Shown here: positions 43,930 to 53,387 of the stretch, one piece after another
Layout of the letters: each line of letters begins with the position of its first letter
Numbering within the stretch: position 1 is the first letter of the stretch
Source of the DNA: an uncultured Gammaproteobacteria bacterium
GTDB lineage: Bacteria > Patescibacteriota > Patescibacteriia > S139-126
Reading direction: 5' to 3'
Length of the DNA stretch: 64,000 bases
Assembly: GCA_964493305.1 (NCBI GenBank)
Contig: CAZBLW010000001.1
Span: 305,484 to 369,483 of the forward strand
Program-made: the position numbers and the translations under genes
Notes under the pieces: generated by a model
Told to the model about the DNA's origin: nothing
The model's input: only the letters and a program-made list of their open reading frames with translations
The model's database searches: none

Positions 43930-44118
43930 ATGGCAAATAAACTTATTCAATATTTTATTGATTCTAAGGCCGAACTCAAAAAAGTTACTTGGCCGACCAA
44001 ACAAGAAACTATTCGTAGTTCAGTTTTGGTAATTGTCATTTCTTTATTAACAGCGGTATTTTTAGGGGCGGTTGATTTGGCATTGAACTATGGTTTAGAA
44101 AAAATTCTTAGTATTTAA
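43930..44118 (+). CDS. secE: Preprotein translocase subunit SecE.
   Basis: 62 aa: KAELKKVTWPTKQETIRSSVLVIVISLL. Confidence 0.8.
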   Translation: MANKLIQYFIDSKAELKKVTWPTKQETIRSSVLVIVISLLTAVFLGAVDLALNYGLEKILSI

Positions 44119-44128
44119 GTTTTAGGTT

Positions 44129-44674
44129 ATGGCTAAACAACAACTCAATCAAGGAAAACGCTGGTATGTTTTACATACCTATTCTGGTTATGAAGAAAAT
44201 GTAGCCAGGAATTTAAGACAAAGAATAGAGTCCATGGATATGGAAGATAAAATTTTTGATATTATGATTCCTACTGAAACCAAGATTAAAATCAAAAATG
44301 GTAAACGCAAAACTGTACGAGAAAAGATATTTCCAGGTTATGTGATGGTTAGTATGATTGTCACTGATGATTCTTGGTATGTGGTAAGAAATACGCCCAA
44401 CGTAACTGGTTTTATAGGTGCTGGCAATGTACCAACCCCAATCTCCGAAAAAGAAATTCAAGAATTACAGAAACGAATGGGCGTAGAAGAACCAAAATAT
44501 AAAATTGATGTTAGTGTTGATACCCCAGTAAGAATAGTTGATGGACCATTTAAAGATTATGAAGGTAAAATTGCGGAAATTGATGAAGCAAGAGGTAAGG
44601 TCAAGGTATTAGTGTCAATTTTTGGTCGTGAAACACCGGTTGAGTTAGACTTTTTACAAATCAAGAAAATCTAG
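44129..44674 (+). CDS. nusG: Transcription termination/antitermination factor NusG.
   Basis: WYVLHTYSGYEENV… and the KOW domain FKDYEGKIAEIDEARGKVKVLVSIFGRETPVEL. Confidence 0.9.
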   Translation: MAKQQLNQGKRWYVLHTYSGYEENVARNLRQRIESMDMEDKIFDIMIPTETKIKIKNGKRKTVREKIFPGYVMVSMIVTDDSWYVVRNTPNVTGFIGAGNVPTPISEKEIQELQKRMGVEEPKYKIDVSVDTPVRIVDGPFKDYEGKIAEIDEARGKVKVLVSIFGRETPVELDFLQIKKI

Positions 44675-44819
44675 TTTAATTCATAATTATTAATTATTAA
44701 ATAATTTTAAATTTTTAAATACCGCTTCTAATCCCATCATATAGTTGTTAATATTTTTGCTTATACATTTTGGATTTATTTAAAAATTACAAAATTACCA
44801 AATTTTAAATTTATATTAT

Positions 44820-45245
44820 ATGGCTAAACCAGTTAAAGCAATTATAAAATTACAAATTCAAGCTGGTCAGGCAAATCCAGCGCCACCAGTTGGTCCGGCT
44901 TTAGGTCAACACGGTGTGGCAATTCAAGATTTTTGCACCCGTTATAATGAAGCTACCAAAGATAAGATGGGCAGTGTTTTACCGGTAGTTATTACTGTTT
45001 ATGAAGATAGAAGTTTTGATTTTGTAGTAAAAACGCCACCGGCAGCTGAGTTATTAAAAAAAGCAGCCGGAATTCAAAAAGGTTCTGGTAGTCCCTTGAA
45101 AGATAAGATCGGTACTATTACTCAAGCCCAACTAGAAGAAATTGCCAAAACCAAGATGCCTGATCTAAACGCTAAAGATTTGCCAGGTGCCAAGCAAATT
45201 ATTGCTGGCACTGCCCGGCAAATGGGTATTGTAATTAAAGATTAA
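44820..45245 (+). CDS. rplK: 50S ribosomal protein L11.
   Basis: [25 protein letters not shown]. Confidence 0.95.
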   Translation: MAKPVKAIIKLQIQAGQANPAPPVGPALGQHGVAIQDFCTRYNEATKDKMGSVLPVVITVYEDRSFDFVVKTPPAAELLKKAAGIQKGSGSPLKDKIGTITQAQLEEIAKTKMPDLNAKDLPGAKQIIAGTARQMGIVIKD

Positions 45246-45294
45246 TCATTAACTAGTGGGAGACTTTAATAGTCGTTATTACCACCAAAAATTT

Positions 45295-45975
45295 ATGAAA
45301 ACAGGAAAAAAATATTTAGCTGCTGCGCAGCTAATTGAAAAGGGTAAAAACTATTCACTTGATGAAGCTATTGATTTGGTATTAAAAACTGCCGTAACCA
45401 AGTTTGAGTCATCAGTCGAATTGCATTTACATTTGAATATTGATCCCAAAAAAGGCGAGCAACAAATAAGAGGTACGGTTGTTCCACCCCACGGCAGTAG
45501 TAAAAAGAAATCAATTGCCGTTTTTACCGAAGGCAAAGCGGCAGATGAAGCAAAACAGTTAGGAGCTAAGTTAGTCGGAGGAGCAGAGTTAATCGAAGAA
45601 ATTAGAAAAACTGGCAAAGTAGATTTTGATATTGCCATTGCTACACCTGATATGATGAAAGAGTTGGCAAAAATCGCCAAAGTTTTAGGTCCTAAAGGTT
45701 TAATGCCTAATCCAAAATCAGAAACAGTCACTGCTGATATAGTTAAAACTATGAACGAATTAAATAAAGGTAAAATTTCTTTTAAGAATGATAAAAATGG
45801 TAATATTCATTTGGCTTTAGGTAAAGTCGGTATGGGTGCAGAAAAAATAAAAGCCAATTATTTAGTTGTGATGGATGAAATCAAAAGATCTAAACCAGAA
45901 GATATTAAAGGTAGTTATATTAAATCTATTACCTTGGCTACCAGTATGGGACCGGGTGTTAGAGTTAAAATTTAA
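45295..45975 (+). CDS. rplA: 50S ribosomal protein L1.
   Basis: MKTGKKYLAAAQLIEKGKNYSLDEAIDL… The start is taken at MKTGKKY; the track ORF starts at 45256. Confidence 0.9.
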   Translation: MKTGKKYLAAAQLIEKGKNYSLDEAIDLVLKTAVTKFESSVELHLHLNIDPKKGEQQIRGTVVPPHGSSKKKSIAVFTEGKAADEAKQLGAKLVGGAELIEEIRKTGKVDFDIAIATPDMMKELAKIAKVLGPKGLMPNPKSETVTADIVKTMNELNKGKISFKNDKNGNIHLALGKVGMGAEKIKANYLVVMDEIKRSKPEDIKGSYIKSITLATSMGPGVRVKI

Positions 45976-46058
45976 TTGATGATAGATAATGATCCCGTTA
46001 TTTATGGGATCCCATTTATCATTAATTATCGCACATTAAATTATCAAGGAGGTCAGAT

Positions 46059-46448
46059 ATGCCAGCTACGCATCGTAAGATGATAATCGTGGCCTATTTT
46101 TCGCCACAATGTTTCACTAAAAAATTTCATCATTTGCATATTATTTTGCCCGCTAAAAAAAACTTCCGTCATACCAATCTTATTATTCAAGCAGATTTTA
46201 CCAATGAAGAAATGCAAGTTTTCTCTGAAACTAGTTTATTGAAAAAAATCAACGGAAATAAAAGCAAAAGAAAGGTGATGAAATTTAGAGAAAAAAATAT
46301 TCATTTTATTGATTTATCGCAAAATCAACATATTGATTTTCCCCAAGTGGAAGAATTGGAAATTTTTTTTCCGACTAGAACAGGTGATTATAATATCGAC
46401 AGAGATGAAGTTATGGAACATTTAGAAAGAATTTTTCAGAGAGGTTAA
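46059..46448 (+). CDS. Hypothetical protein (129 aa).
   Basis: Strong RBS AAGGAGG and its own terminator at 46438-46461 (AGAGAGGT-taaat-ACCTCTCT followed by T's). Confidence 0.5.
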   Translation: MPATHRKMIIVAYFSPQCFTKKFHHLHIILPAKKNFRHTNLIIQADFTNEEMQVFSETSLLKKINGNKSKRKVMKFREKNIHFIDLSQNQHIDFPQVEELEIFFPTRTGDYNIDRDEVMEHLERIFQRG

Positions 46449-46518
46449 ATACCTCTCTTTTAATTTGCTTCAAAATAGATAAACAGTTAAAATAAAGAAA
46501 ATATTGTGTATAAATATT

Positions 46519-47025
46519 ATGGCTAAACAAAATTTGACCTGGGATGAGTATTTTATGGGGTTGGCTATTTTTACCTCTTTTCGGAGTAAAGATCCATCTT
46601 CCAAAGTCGGTGCTGTTATAGTAGATGCTAACAATCATATTATTGGTACTGGTTACAATGGTTTTGTGGCTGGGATTGATGAAACTAAGCTGTCCTGGTC
46701 TAGAGAAGGTGATTTTATGAATACTAAATATCCTTATGTAGTTCATGCTGAGGCCAACGCCATATTGAACGCGACCAAATCTGATTTGACCGGTTGTCGT
46801 ATTTATATAACTCTTAGTAGTTGCAATGAGTGTGCTAAATTGATTGCTCAAAAAGGAATCAAAGAAGTATATTATTTGTTGGATAAGTATCCTGATCTAG
46901 ATACTTTTAAAGCAGCTAAGAAAATTTTTGCCTTAAAAAATATTGTCAACCAACAGCTGAAGATGGAAAATTTACATGATATTTTAGATACTTTTAAACA
47001 ATTTTACCCTGATAATATAAAATAA
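46519..47025 (+). CDS. dCMP deaminase (deoxycytidylate deaminase, ComEB-like).
   Basis: HAEANAIL and SCNECAKLIAQKGIKEVYY give the zinc-binding H(A)E…PCxxC pattern of the CDA fold. The antisense ORF 46411..46851 is spurious. Confidence 0.8.
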   Translation: MAKQNLTWDEYFMGLAIFTSFRSKDPSSKVGAVIVDANNHIIGTGYNGFVAGIDETKLSWSREGDFMNTKYPYVVHAEANAILNATKSDLTGCRIYITLSSCNECAKLIAQKGIKEVYYLLDKYPDLDTFKAAKKIFALKNIVNQQLKMENLHDILDTFKQFYPDNIK

Positions 47026-47393
47026 TGTTATTCTCACCAAAATTTTGGCAGTTTTATGCTAAGGGAGTGATTTGGAGCGGTCTAGTTTTTTTACCTTTAT
47101 TTTTATTGCAGAACTTTTTAGATAGTAAAAATCTTGTCGTGCCGTATTTGTCTGAAACCATCGCTACCTTATTTAGTCTCGGTAGTTTGGTGGTTGGAAT
47201 TGTTTGTGAGTTTTCCAGTATCTGTTTAACTCAGGGTATGTCACGTTGGGAAGCGTCTTTTTTTGCTTATTTTATTTCTATTTTAATTTTTGGTTTTGTG
47301 GTGGGTTTGTATTTAACTTGGACCTGGATGCCCAATAAAGAAAAAGCAGAGAAAATTTATAAAAAAGATGATGATACAATCGAATTCGAATAA
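47025..47393 (+). CDS. Hypothetical membrane protein (122 aa).
   Basis: Three hydrophobic segments; overlaps neighbouring genes at both ends. Confidence 0.45.
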   Translation: MLFSPKFWQFYAKGVIWSGLVFLPLFLLQNFLDSKNLVVPYLSETIATLFSLGSLVVGIVCEFSSICLTQGMSRWEASFFAYFISILIFGFVVGLYLTWTWMPNKEKAEKIYKKDDDTIEFE

Positions 47394-47958
47394 AATTATA
47401 GCCATAGTAGGTATGTGTGGCGCTGGTAAAAGTCAGGTAGCTGATTATTTAGTTGCCCAGGGTTATAGTTATTTGCGTTTTGGTCAAATTACCTTGGATT
47501 TAATTAAAACCCAAGGTTTAGAAGTCAATGAAGTAAATGAAAAAAAAATTCGAGAAGGACTCAGAGAACAACACGGTATGGGAGCATATGCCGTAGTTAA
47601 TATCCCCAAAATTGATGAATTATTGCAAGTGGGACCAGTGGTAGTAGACGGTTTGTATTCTTGGACTGAGTATAAAGTGTTAAAAGAAAAATACTCAGAC
47701 AATTTACGCGTGTTGGCCGTATATGCTCCTCCCCAAGTGAGATACGATAGATTAACTCAGCGTCAACATAATGCTCAAACCGATCAAGCTGTGCGTTTTA
47801 GAGCCATGACTAGAGAGCAGGCTGAAAAAAGAGATTACGCTGAAATAGAAAATATTGAAAAAGGGGGACCAATTGTGATGGCTAACTATACAATTGTCAA
47901 TGATGGTGATTTTGCTAAACTTTATCAACAAATTGACAATTTTTTAAAACTAAATTAA
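47368..47958 (+). CDS. P-loop nucleotide kinase resembling phage T4-type deoxynucleoside-monophosphate (dNMP) kinase.
   Basis: IIAIVGMCGAGKS P-loop. The C-terminal …YTIVNDGDFAKLYQQIDNFLK parallels the T4 gp1 C-terminus …LVITNDGSLEELFSKIKNTL. Confidence 0.45.
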   Translation: MMIQSNSNKIIAIVGMCGAGKSQVADYLVAQGYSYLRFGQITLDLIKTQGLEVNEVNEKKIREGLREQHGMGAYAVVNIPKIDELLQVGPVVVDGLYSWTEYKVLKEKYSDNLRVLAVYAPPQVRYDRLTQRQHNAQTDQAVRFRAMTREQAEKRDYAEIENIEKGGPIVMANYTIVNDGDFAKLYQQIDNFLKLN

Positions 47959-47964
47959 TAATCT

Positions 47965-48378
47965 ATGAATTTTGTTAGTTTAGATATTGTAATTAAATTA
48001 GTAGTAGCAATTTTTCTCGCTGGTATTGTTGGTTGGCAGAGAGAAAAAACTAAAACTCCAGCCGGGTTACGTACTCATATGTTGGTAGCCTTGGGTGCTA
48101 CTGTTTTTACAGTGATTGCTTATGAACTTGGTTTAGGTGCAATTGATACCACTAGAATTACAGCTGGAATTGTTACCGGGGTAGGTTTTTTGGGAGCCGG
48201 TACTATAATTCACCAATCAGACACTGTACGCGGACTTTCTACTGCCGCTTCAATCTGGACTGTTGCGGCTGTAGGAATGGCTGTTGGTTATGGAATGTAT
48301 TTTTTGGCCGTAGTTGGCTCGATTTTGACTTTTTTAATTTTGATGTTAGAAGGAGTAGAAAAGAAATTAATTAAATAA
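47965..48378 (+). CDS. MgtC/SapB-family membrane protein (N-terminal membrane domain only).
   Basis: LAGIVGWQREKTKTPAGLRTHMLVALGATVFT is the MgtC signature. Confidence 0.65.
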   Translation: MNFVSLDIVIKLVVAIFLAGIVGWQREKTKTPAGLRTHMLVALGATVFTVIAYELGLGAIDTTRITAGIVTGVGFLGAGTIIHQSDTVRGLSTAASIWTVAAVGMAVGYGMYFLAVVGSILTFLILMLEGVEKKLIK

Positions 48379-48381
48379 TCA

Positions 48382-48807
48382 ATGAAAGTAAAAATAAAAT
48401 TAGTTGATAAGTCTTTACCTCTACCGCAATACCAAACTTCAGGCGCGGTAGCTTTTGATTTATATGCTCGAGAGCAACTAGTAATTAAGCCTAAAAGTAT
48501 TTGTAAAATTCCAACAAACTTAATTATTCAAGTTCCAGAAGGCTATATGTTGCAATTAAAAGATCGTTCGTCAACCGCACAAAAAAAAGGTTTAATGATG
48601 GTTGGTGGAGTGATAGATCAAGATTTTCATGGGCCTGATGATGAGATATGTTTTCAAGTTTATAATTTTACTGATCAGGCAGTTACCGTTACTAGAGAAG
48701 AAAGAATCGGTCAAGCTATGTTTATTAAAATTGATCAAGCTGAATGGGAAGAGGTGACTACAGATATTAAGTCAGCAAGTCGAGGTGGCTTTGGTAGCAC
48801 AGGTTAG
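48382..48807 (+). CDS. dut: dUTP diphosphatase.
   Basis: GAVAFDLYA, DRSSTAQKKGL, GVIDQDFHG, RIGQAMF and the C-terminal SRGGFGSTG are dUTPase motifs 1-5. Confidence 0.85.
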   Translation: MKVKIKLVDKSLPLPQYQTSGAVAFDLYAREQLVIKPKSICKIPTNLIIQVPEGYMLQLKDRSSTAQKKGLMMVGGVIDQDFHGPDDEICFQVYNFTDQAVTVTREERIGQAMFIKIDQAEWEEVTTDIKSASRGGFGSTG

Positions 48808-48830
48808 TAAAATTTCTTAATTTTTTATTC

Positions 48831-48869
48831 GTAACTCGTAATTCCTAATTCTTAATTCTTAATTCTACC
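48831..48869. repeat. Array of 5 tandem heptanucleotides (GTAACTC GTAATTC CTAATTC TTAATTC TTAATTC + TACC). Reverse complement is GGTAGAATTAAGAATTAAGAATTAGGAATTAC…. Sits immediately 5' of the thyA ATG.
   Basis: Strict period 7; near-identical to the elements inside miaA and the UvrD-like gene. Confidence 0.6.
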
Positions 48870-48873
48870 ATCA

Positions 48874-49746
48874 ATGCAAGCCTATCTTGATATCGTAAAA
48901 AATATTTTAGAAAATGGTCAACAAAAAACCGATCGAACTGGTACCGGTACTTTAGCTATTGCTGGAGCTATGTTTCAACACGACATGAGTAAAGGTTTTC
49001 CCTTACTGACGACTAAAAAAATCCCTTTTCGTTTAGTAGCATCAGAGCTTGAATTTTTTATCAAAGGAATTACTGATAAAAAATGGTTGCAAGATAGGAA
49101 TAATCATATTTGGGATGAATGGTGCACACCGCTTAAAGTACCTTATGCTCATGATAAGGAAACCAAAGAAAAAATGTTAGCAGAAAGAGATTTGGGAACT
49201 ATTTATGGCTGGGAATGGCGTCACTTTGGGGCAAACTATCAGGATTATCAAACCGATTATACCGGACAGGGTGTTGATCAACTCACAAGAGTAGTGGAAA
49301 CACTTAAGACCAAACCTGATAGCCGGCAAATGGTAGTGGTAGCTTGGAATCCGATGGATATTGATAAAGCGATTCCGCCTTATTGTCATTATGCTTGGCA
49401 GGTAACTGTTATTAACAATCGCCTTAATTTATTTTGGAGTCAACGTAGTGTTGATGTGGCCTTGGGATTGCCGTTTAATATTGCCAGTTACGCTACCTTA
49501 TTGCATTTGTTAGCAAAAGAGACTGGTTTTGCTGAAGGAATATTAACCGGGTTTTTAGCTGATACTCATGTTTATTTAAATCATATTGACGGCTTAAAAG
49601 AACAATTGTCTAGAGATCCAAATAAATATAAATTACCACAGATTAAAACCGATAATTTTAATTCCATTTTTGATTGGCAGTATACAGATAGTGAAATTAT
49701 AGGTTACGAAAGTTATCCAACTATTAAATTTGATATTGCGGTATGA
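48874..49746 (+). CDS. thyA: Thymidylate synthase (ThyA type).
   Basis: DRTGTGT…, the catalytic-Cys region PPYCHYAWQV and the RSVDVALGLPFNIASYA block. Confidence 0.9.
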   Translation: MQAYLDIVKNILENGQQKTDRTGTGTLAIAGAMFQHDMSKGFPLLTTKKIPFRLVASELEFFIKGITDKKWLQDRNNHIWDEWCTPLKVPYAHDKETKEKMLAERDLGTIYGWEWRHFGANYQDYQTDYTGQGVDQLTRVVETLKTKPDSRQMVVVAWNPMDIDKAIPPYCHYAWQVTVINNRLNLFWSQRSVDVALGLPFNIASYATLLHLLAKETGFAEGILTGFLADTHVYLNHIDGLKEQLSRDPNKYKLPQIKTDNFNSIFDWQYTDSEIIGYESYPTIKFDIAV

Positions 49747-50225
49747 TAAATATTATTGCGGCGGTGGCCAAAAACAATGTGATTGGTCAAGGTAATGATT
49801 TACCTTGGCATATCCCTGAAGATTTAAAGCATTTCCAAAATTTAACCAATGGTAAAACCGTACTAATGGGGAGCAATACTTTTGAATCAATTGTTAAACG
49901 ATTAGGAAAACCATTGCCCAATCGTCGTAATATTGTTGTTACTTTAAACAAAGATTATCAAGTACCACCGGGCGTGGAAGTATATTATTCGTTAGTTGAA
50001 GCAGTACAAAATTTAAAAAATGAAGAAATTTGGGTTATTGGTGGAGCTAGTATTTATCAACAAATGATGCCTTGGGCAAACAAATTATATATTACCGAGG
50101 TTGATATCGAACCTTTAGGAGATACTTACTTTCCCGTGATTAATAAAGATTATTGGCAAGAGATTGCTAGACAAAAAAATCAAGGTTTCGATTTCGTAGA
50201 ATATGAAAGGATAAATTATGAATAA
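49743..50225 (+). CDS. folA: Dihydrofolate reductase.
   Basis: MINIIAAVAKNNVIGQGNDLPWHIPEDLKHF…VLMGSNTFESI. Confidence 0.85.
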   Translation: MINIIAAVAKNNVIGQGNDLPWHIPEDLKHFQNLTNGKTVLMGSNTFESIVKRLGKPLPNRRNIVVTLNKDYQVPPGVEVYYSLVEAVQNLKNEEIWVIGGASIYQQMMPWANKLYITEVDIEPLGDTYFPVINKDYWQEIARQKNQGFDFVEYERINYE

Positions 50226-50895
50226 AGGAAAATTAATAGTTATTGATGGTGGCGATGGATCAGGTAAATCTACCCAGGTTGATTTGTTAATTGAGCGCTT
50301 ACAAGCTGAAGGTAGGCAAGTGGCAAAAATAGATTTTCCTAGATATTCTCAACCATCAGCCTGGTTTGTTGAGAGTTATTTAAATGGTCAATTTGGTAGT
50401 TTAGATGAAATTGGTCCTTATCAGGCATCGGTTTTTTATGCTTTAGATAGATTTGCCATAAAAAAACAGATAGAGCAGATGTTAAAGGAAGGTACTTTGT
50501 TAATAGCCAATCGTTATGTTTCTGCAAATATGGGTCACCAGGGAGCTAAAATCAAGGATAAAGAGGAAAGATTAAAATTTTTTAATTGGTTAGATGATTT
50601 TGAGTTTAATATTTTAGGAATTCCCCGCCCTGATGCCACAATAATTCTGCACGTTCCCGCTCAAGTTGCCCAAGATTTAGTAGATAAAAAAGGTCATCGC
50701 GATTATATTGGTGGAATTAAGAGAGATTTGCATGAAAGTAATTTAGAACACTTGCAAATGGCAGAAAAAGTTTTTTTGGAATTAGCTCGGCAGTTTGAAA
50801 ATTTTTATACGGTTGAGTGTTATGAAGCGGGGAGTTTATTGACAAAGTCGGAAATAAATCATAAAATTTATCATATTTTAAATAAAATTATTTAA
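50218..50895 (+). CDS. tmk: Thymidylate kinase.
   Basis: LIVIDGGDGSGKSTQ P-loop and the DRF block (ALDRFA). Confidence 0.85.
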   Translation: MNKGKLIVIDGGDGSGKSTQVDLLIERLQAEGRQVAKIDFPRYSQPSAWFVESYLNGQFGSLDEIGPYQASVFYALDRFAIKKQIEQMLKEGTLLIANRYVSANMGHQGAKIKDKEERLKFFNWLDDFEFNILGIPRPDATIILHVPAQVAQDLVDKKGHRDYIGGIKRDLHESNLEHLQMAEKVFLELARQFENFYTVECYEAGSLLTKSEINHKIYHILNKII

Positions 50896-50914
50896 CAATT
50901 TATTAGGAGGTAAT

Positions 50915-51208
50915 ATGTTCTTTGATTTAAATAGTTGTTTTCAGTTTGAGACGGTTGTTGAAAAAGAATTTGATTTAGATCAAGAGATTGATTCCCTGGC
51001 TATGGCCATAAAAATTCGTACTTTAGTAGTACCTTTAGGACAAAGATGCCCTGTTATTTTGGAGAATTTTCTTGCCAAAGAGGAAAAATATAGACAAAAA
51101 TTAAAACAAATATTTTTTTATCGCCATCACCACAAGGGATTCAAGGAAGCCAATCTTTGGCTTAAAAATTTTTTTTATCACCGTTGGCAACTATTGCAGC
51201 AATTTTAA
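50915..51208 (+). CDS. Hypothetical protein (97 aa).
   Basis: Strong RBS TAGGAGG and a terminator immediately downstream. Confidence 0.5.
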   Translation: MFFDLNSCFQFETVVEKEFDLDQEIDSLAMAIKIRTLVVPLGQRCPVILENFLAKEEKYRQKLKQIFFYRHHHKGFKEANLWLKNFFYHRWQLLQQF

Positions 51209-51213
51209 ATATA

Positions 51214-51237
51214 GGGTTCAAACAGAACCCTTTTTTT
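51214..51237 (+). terminator. Rho-independent terminator.
   Basis: GGGTTC-aaaca-GAACCC followed by T7. Confidence 0.75.
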
Positions 51238-51278
51238 ATTATTTTTGATGTGATAAAATAAATAATAATTATTTTATT

Positions 51279-52778
51279 ATGCAATTAGAACCAGTTATAG
51301 GTTTGGAAATTCATGTGCAACTGAAGACAAAAACCAAGATGTTTTGCGCTTGCGCTAATGAATTTGATATCAACATCCCCAATAAAAATATTTGTCCAAT
51401 CTGTACAGGTCACCCGGGTGTTTTGCCTACGGTCAATGAACAGGCAATTAATTTAGCAGTTAAAGCTGCTTTGGCTTTAAATTTGCATGTTAATGAACAT
51501 TCAAAATTTGATAGAAAAAGTTATTTTTATCCTGATTTACCTAAAGGTTATCAAATATCTCAATACGAGCAACCTTTAGCTGCCAATGGTTATTTAGAAA
51601 TTTTATTAAATGATGGAGATCGAAAATTTGGTATAGAAAGATTACATTTAGAAGAAGATGCTGCAAAAAATTTTCATCAAGAAGATTATGCGTTAATTGA
51701 TTTTAATCGTGCTGGCACACCTTTGGCTGAAATCGTCACTCGGCCGGATTTTAAATCTCCCACAGAAGCTAAAATATTTTTACAAGAGTTAAGGTCGATT
51801 ATGAGATTATTGAACGTATCCGACGCTGATATGGAGAAAGGACAACTTCGTTGTGATGCCAATATTTCTTTACGCCCGGCTGGTGATACAAAACTTTATC
51901 CTAAAACGGAAATAAAGAACTTAAACTCATTTCGGTCAGTTGAGCGAGCGTTAGAATACGAAATAGTTAGACAGACAAAATTATGGCAAGACAATAACAG
52001 GCCAGACAGCCAAAGTACCAGAGGTTGGGACGAACAAGCAGGTATCACAGTTGAACAACGTGTAAAAGAAGAGGCTAGTGATTATCGTTATTTTCCTGAG
52101 CCAGATTTGCCACCCCTGATATTGAATCAGGATTATATCGATAAAATTAAAAAACAATTGCCTGAATTACCAAATTCAAAACGGCATCGTCTAATTGCTG
52201 AATATGGCTTTAAATTGGCAGAAGTAAATATTTTTATATCCCTACCGGGTTTTGATTTATATGCAGAACAGGTGCATTCCGAATTTTTAGCTTGGTTGGA
52301 GTCTGGTGATGAAGTCATAGGCACTGCGGGAGAAATTCACGATCAGTATAAAGATAAGATTGCTAAATTAGTAGCAAGTTGGTTGCTGAACAATTTGTTA
52401 CAACTCATGAATAAATCAGGTGAAACAATCGATCAGATAAAAATTACGCCAGAAAATATGGCAGAATTTTTGCGTCTAGTTTTTACTAGGAGGGTTAATT
52501 CTACTGCTGCTCAAAAAATTTTAGAAATCATGTATGATACCGGGGGCGACCCTTCAAATATTATGGAAGAGTATGATCTACAGCAAACCAACAGTGCTGA
52601 TATTGAAGATTTAGTCAAAGAGGCAATAGTTGAAAATGAAAGTCAAGTAATACAATATCAGCAGGGGAAAGTAGCAGTAATTAAGTTTTTAATTGGGGCG
52701 GTAATGAAAAAATCCAAAGGGAAGGCTGACCCCCAGGCGGTGGAAGAAATGCTTATTAAATTTTTAAAAACAGACTAA
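51279..52778 (+). CDS. gatB: Asp-tRNA(Asn)/Glu-tRNA(Gln) amidotransferase subunit B.
   Basis: EPVIGLEIHVQLKTKTKMFCAC…CPICTGHPGVLP. gatC and gatA are not adjacent. Confidence 0.9.
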   Translation: MQLEPVIGLEIHVQLKTKTKMFCACANEFDINIPNKNICPICTGHPGVLPTVNEQAINLAVKAALALNLHVNEHSKFDRKSYFYPDLPKGYQISQYEQPLAANGYLEILLNDGDRKFGIERLHLEEDAAKNFHQEDYALIDFNRAGTPLAEIVTRPDFKSPTEAKIFLQELRSIMRLLNVSDADMEKGQLRCDANISLRPAGDTKLYPKTEIKNLNSFRSVERALEYEIVRQTKLWQDNNRPDSQSTRGWDEQAGITVEQRVKEEASDYRYFPEPDLPPLILNQDYIDKIKKQLPELPNSKRHRLIAEYGFKLAEVNIFISLPGFDLYAEQVHSEFLAWLESGDEVIGTAGEIHDQYKDKIAKLVASWLLNNLLQLMNKSGETIDQIKITPENMAEFLRLVFTRRVNSTAAQKILEIMYDTGGDPSNIMEEYDLQQTNSADIEDLVKEAIVENESQVIQYQQGKVAVIKFLIGAVMKKSKGKADPQAVEEMLIKFLKTD

Positions 52779-52784
52779 TTTTGT

Positions 52785-52812
52785 TTGACTTTTTATATTG
52801 GCAGAGTAAAAT
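52785..52812 (+). promoter_or_regulatory. Candidate promoter.
   Basis: TTGACT-16-TAAAAT, then AGGAGG-GTG. Confidence 0.45.
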
Positions 52813-52850
52813 ATTAACTTAGTTATTTAACAATTAAATTAGGAGGAAAT

Positions 52851-53264
52851 GTGCGCACCCTGGTGCTTTTTTTTATTTACATATTGGTTGATAATATTTA
52901 TTGTCAACACAACCAGTCATTAACTAGTGGCCAAATTCAAGATTTCTCCCAAAAACTGTATTATAGTATTTGGCAAAAGGATCTTGACTGGCTAGTCATT
53001 AATTTGCCGGATTCATTTTTAGTTGGGGAAGCCTATTCAGAGGCTTGTTATTGTCCTAGAGAAAAAGTTTTAAGTTGGTTTAGTGCTGAAAATTCTCATT
53101 TACCGTCACCAACAGAAATAAAATTGACTGTTTGTTCAATAAGTGATTTAGAAAAAATATTAATTTTTTCTTACCACAACAATTTATTATTTACTTTTGT
53201 AATTCAAAACCAGTCGGCTAATATTATTAGCTTAGGAGTAGGTAAATATTTACTATCACCTTAA
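52851..53264 (+). CDS. Hypothetical secreted protein (137 aa, N-terminal signal peptide, 5 Cys), with a GTG start.
   Basis: AGGAGG lies 5 nt upstream of the GTG; the N-terminus is hydrophobic. Confidence 0.5.
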   Translation: MRTLVLFFIYILVDNIYCQHNQSLTSGQIQDFSQKLYYSIWQKDLDWLVINLPDSFLVGEAYSEACYCPREKVLSWFSAENSHLPSPTEIKLTVCSISDLEKILIFSYHNNLLFTFVIQNQSANIISLGVGKYLLSP

Positions 53265-53266
53265 TC

Positions 53267-53291
53267 GGCAGTTTAAAAAACTGCCTTTTTT
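53267..53291 (+). terminator. Rho-independent terminator.
   Basis: GGCAGTTT-aaa-AAACTGCC followed by T6. Confidence 0.7.
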
Positions 53292-53296
53292 AATAC

Positions 53297-53325
53297 TTGA
53301 CAAAAGAATAGAAATTAGATATATT
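53297..53325 (+). promoter_or_regulatory. Sigma-70 promoter.
   Basis: TTGACA-17-TATATT. Confidence 0.5.
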
Positions 53326-53387
53326 TAGCAGTCATTTATTGACTTGAGTTTGTATCTTAAAAATTTATTAATAATCACGGAGGTGTT

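Noticed and set aside
45246-45294. GGGAGAC motif between rplK and rplA as a possible L1 autoregulatory mRNA site.
   Set aside because: I cannot recall the L1-binding consensus precisely enough to support it, and the track ORF places part of this sequence inside a (probably over-extended) rplA start.
46411-46851. 146-aa minus-strand ORF.
   Set aside because: Antisense to the dCMP deaminase gene, which has conserved HAE and CxxC zinc motifs; spurious.
48831-48869. Possible CRISPR array suggested by the regular short repeats.
   Set aside because: The unit is only 7 nt with no spacers, there are no cas genes, and copies occur in frame inside genes. It is a micro/minisatellite-type element, not CRISPR.
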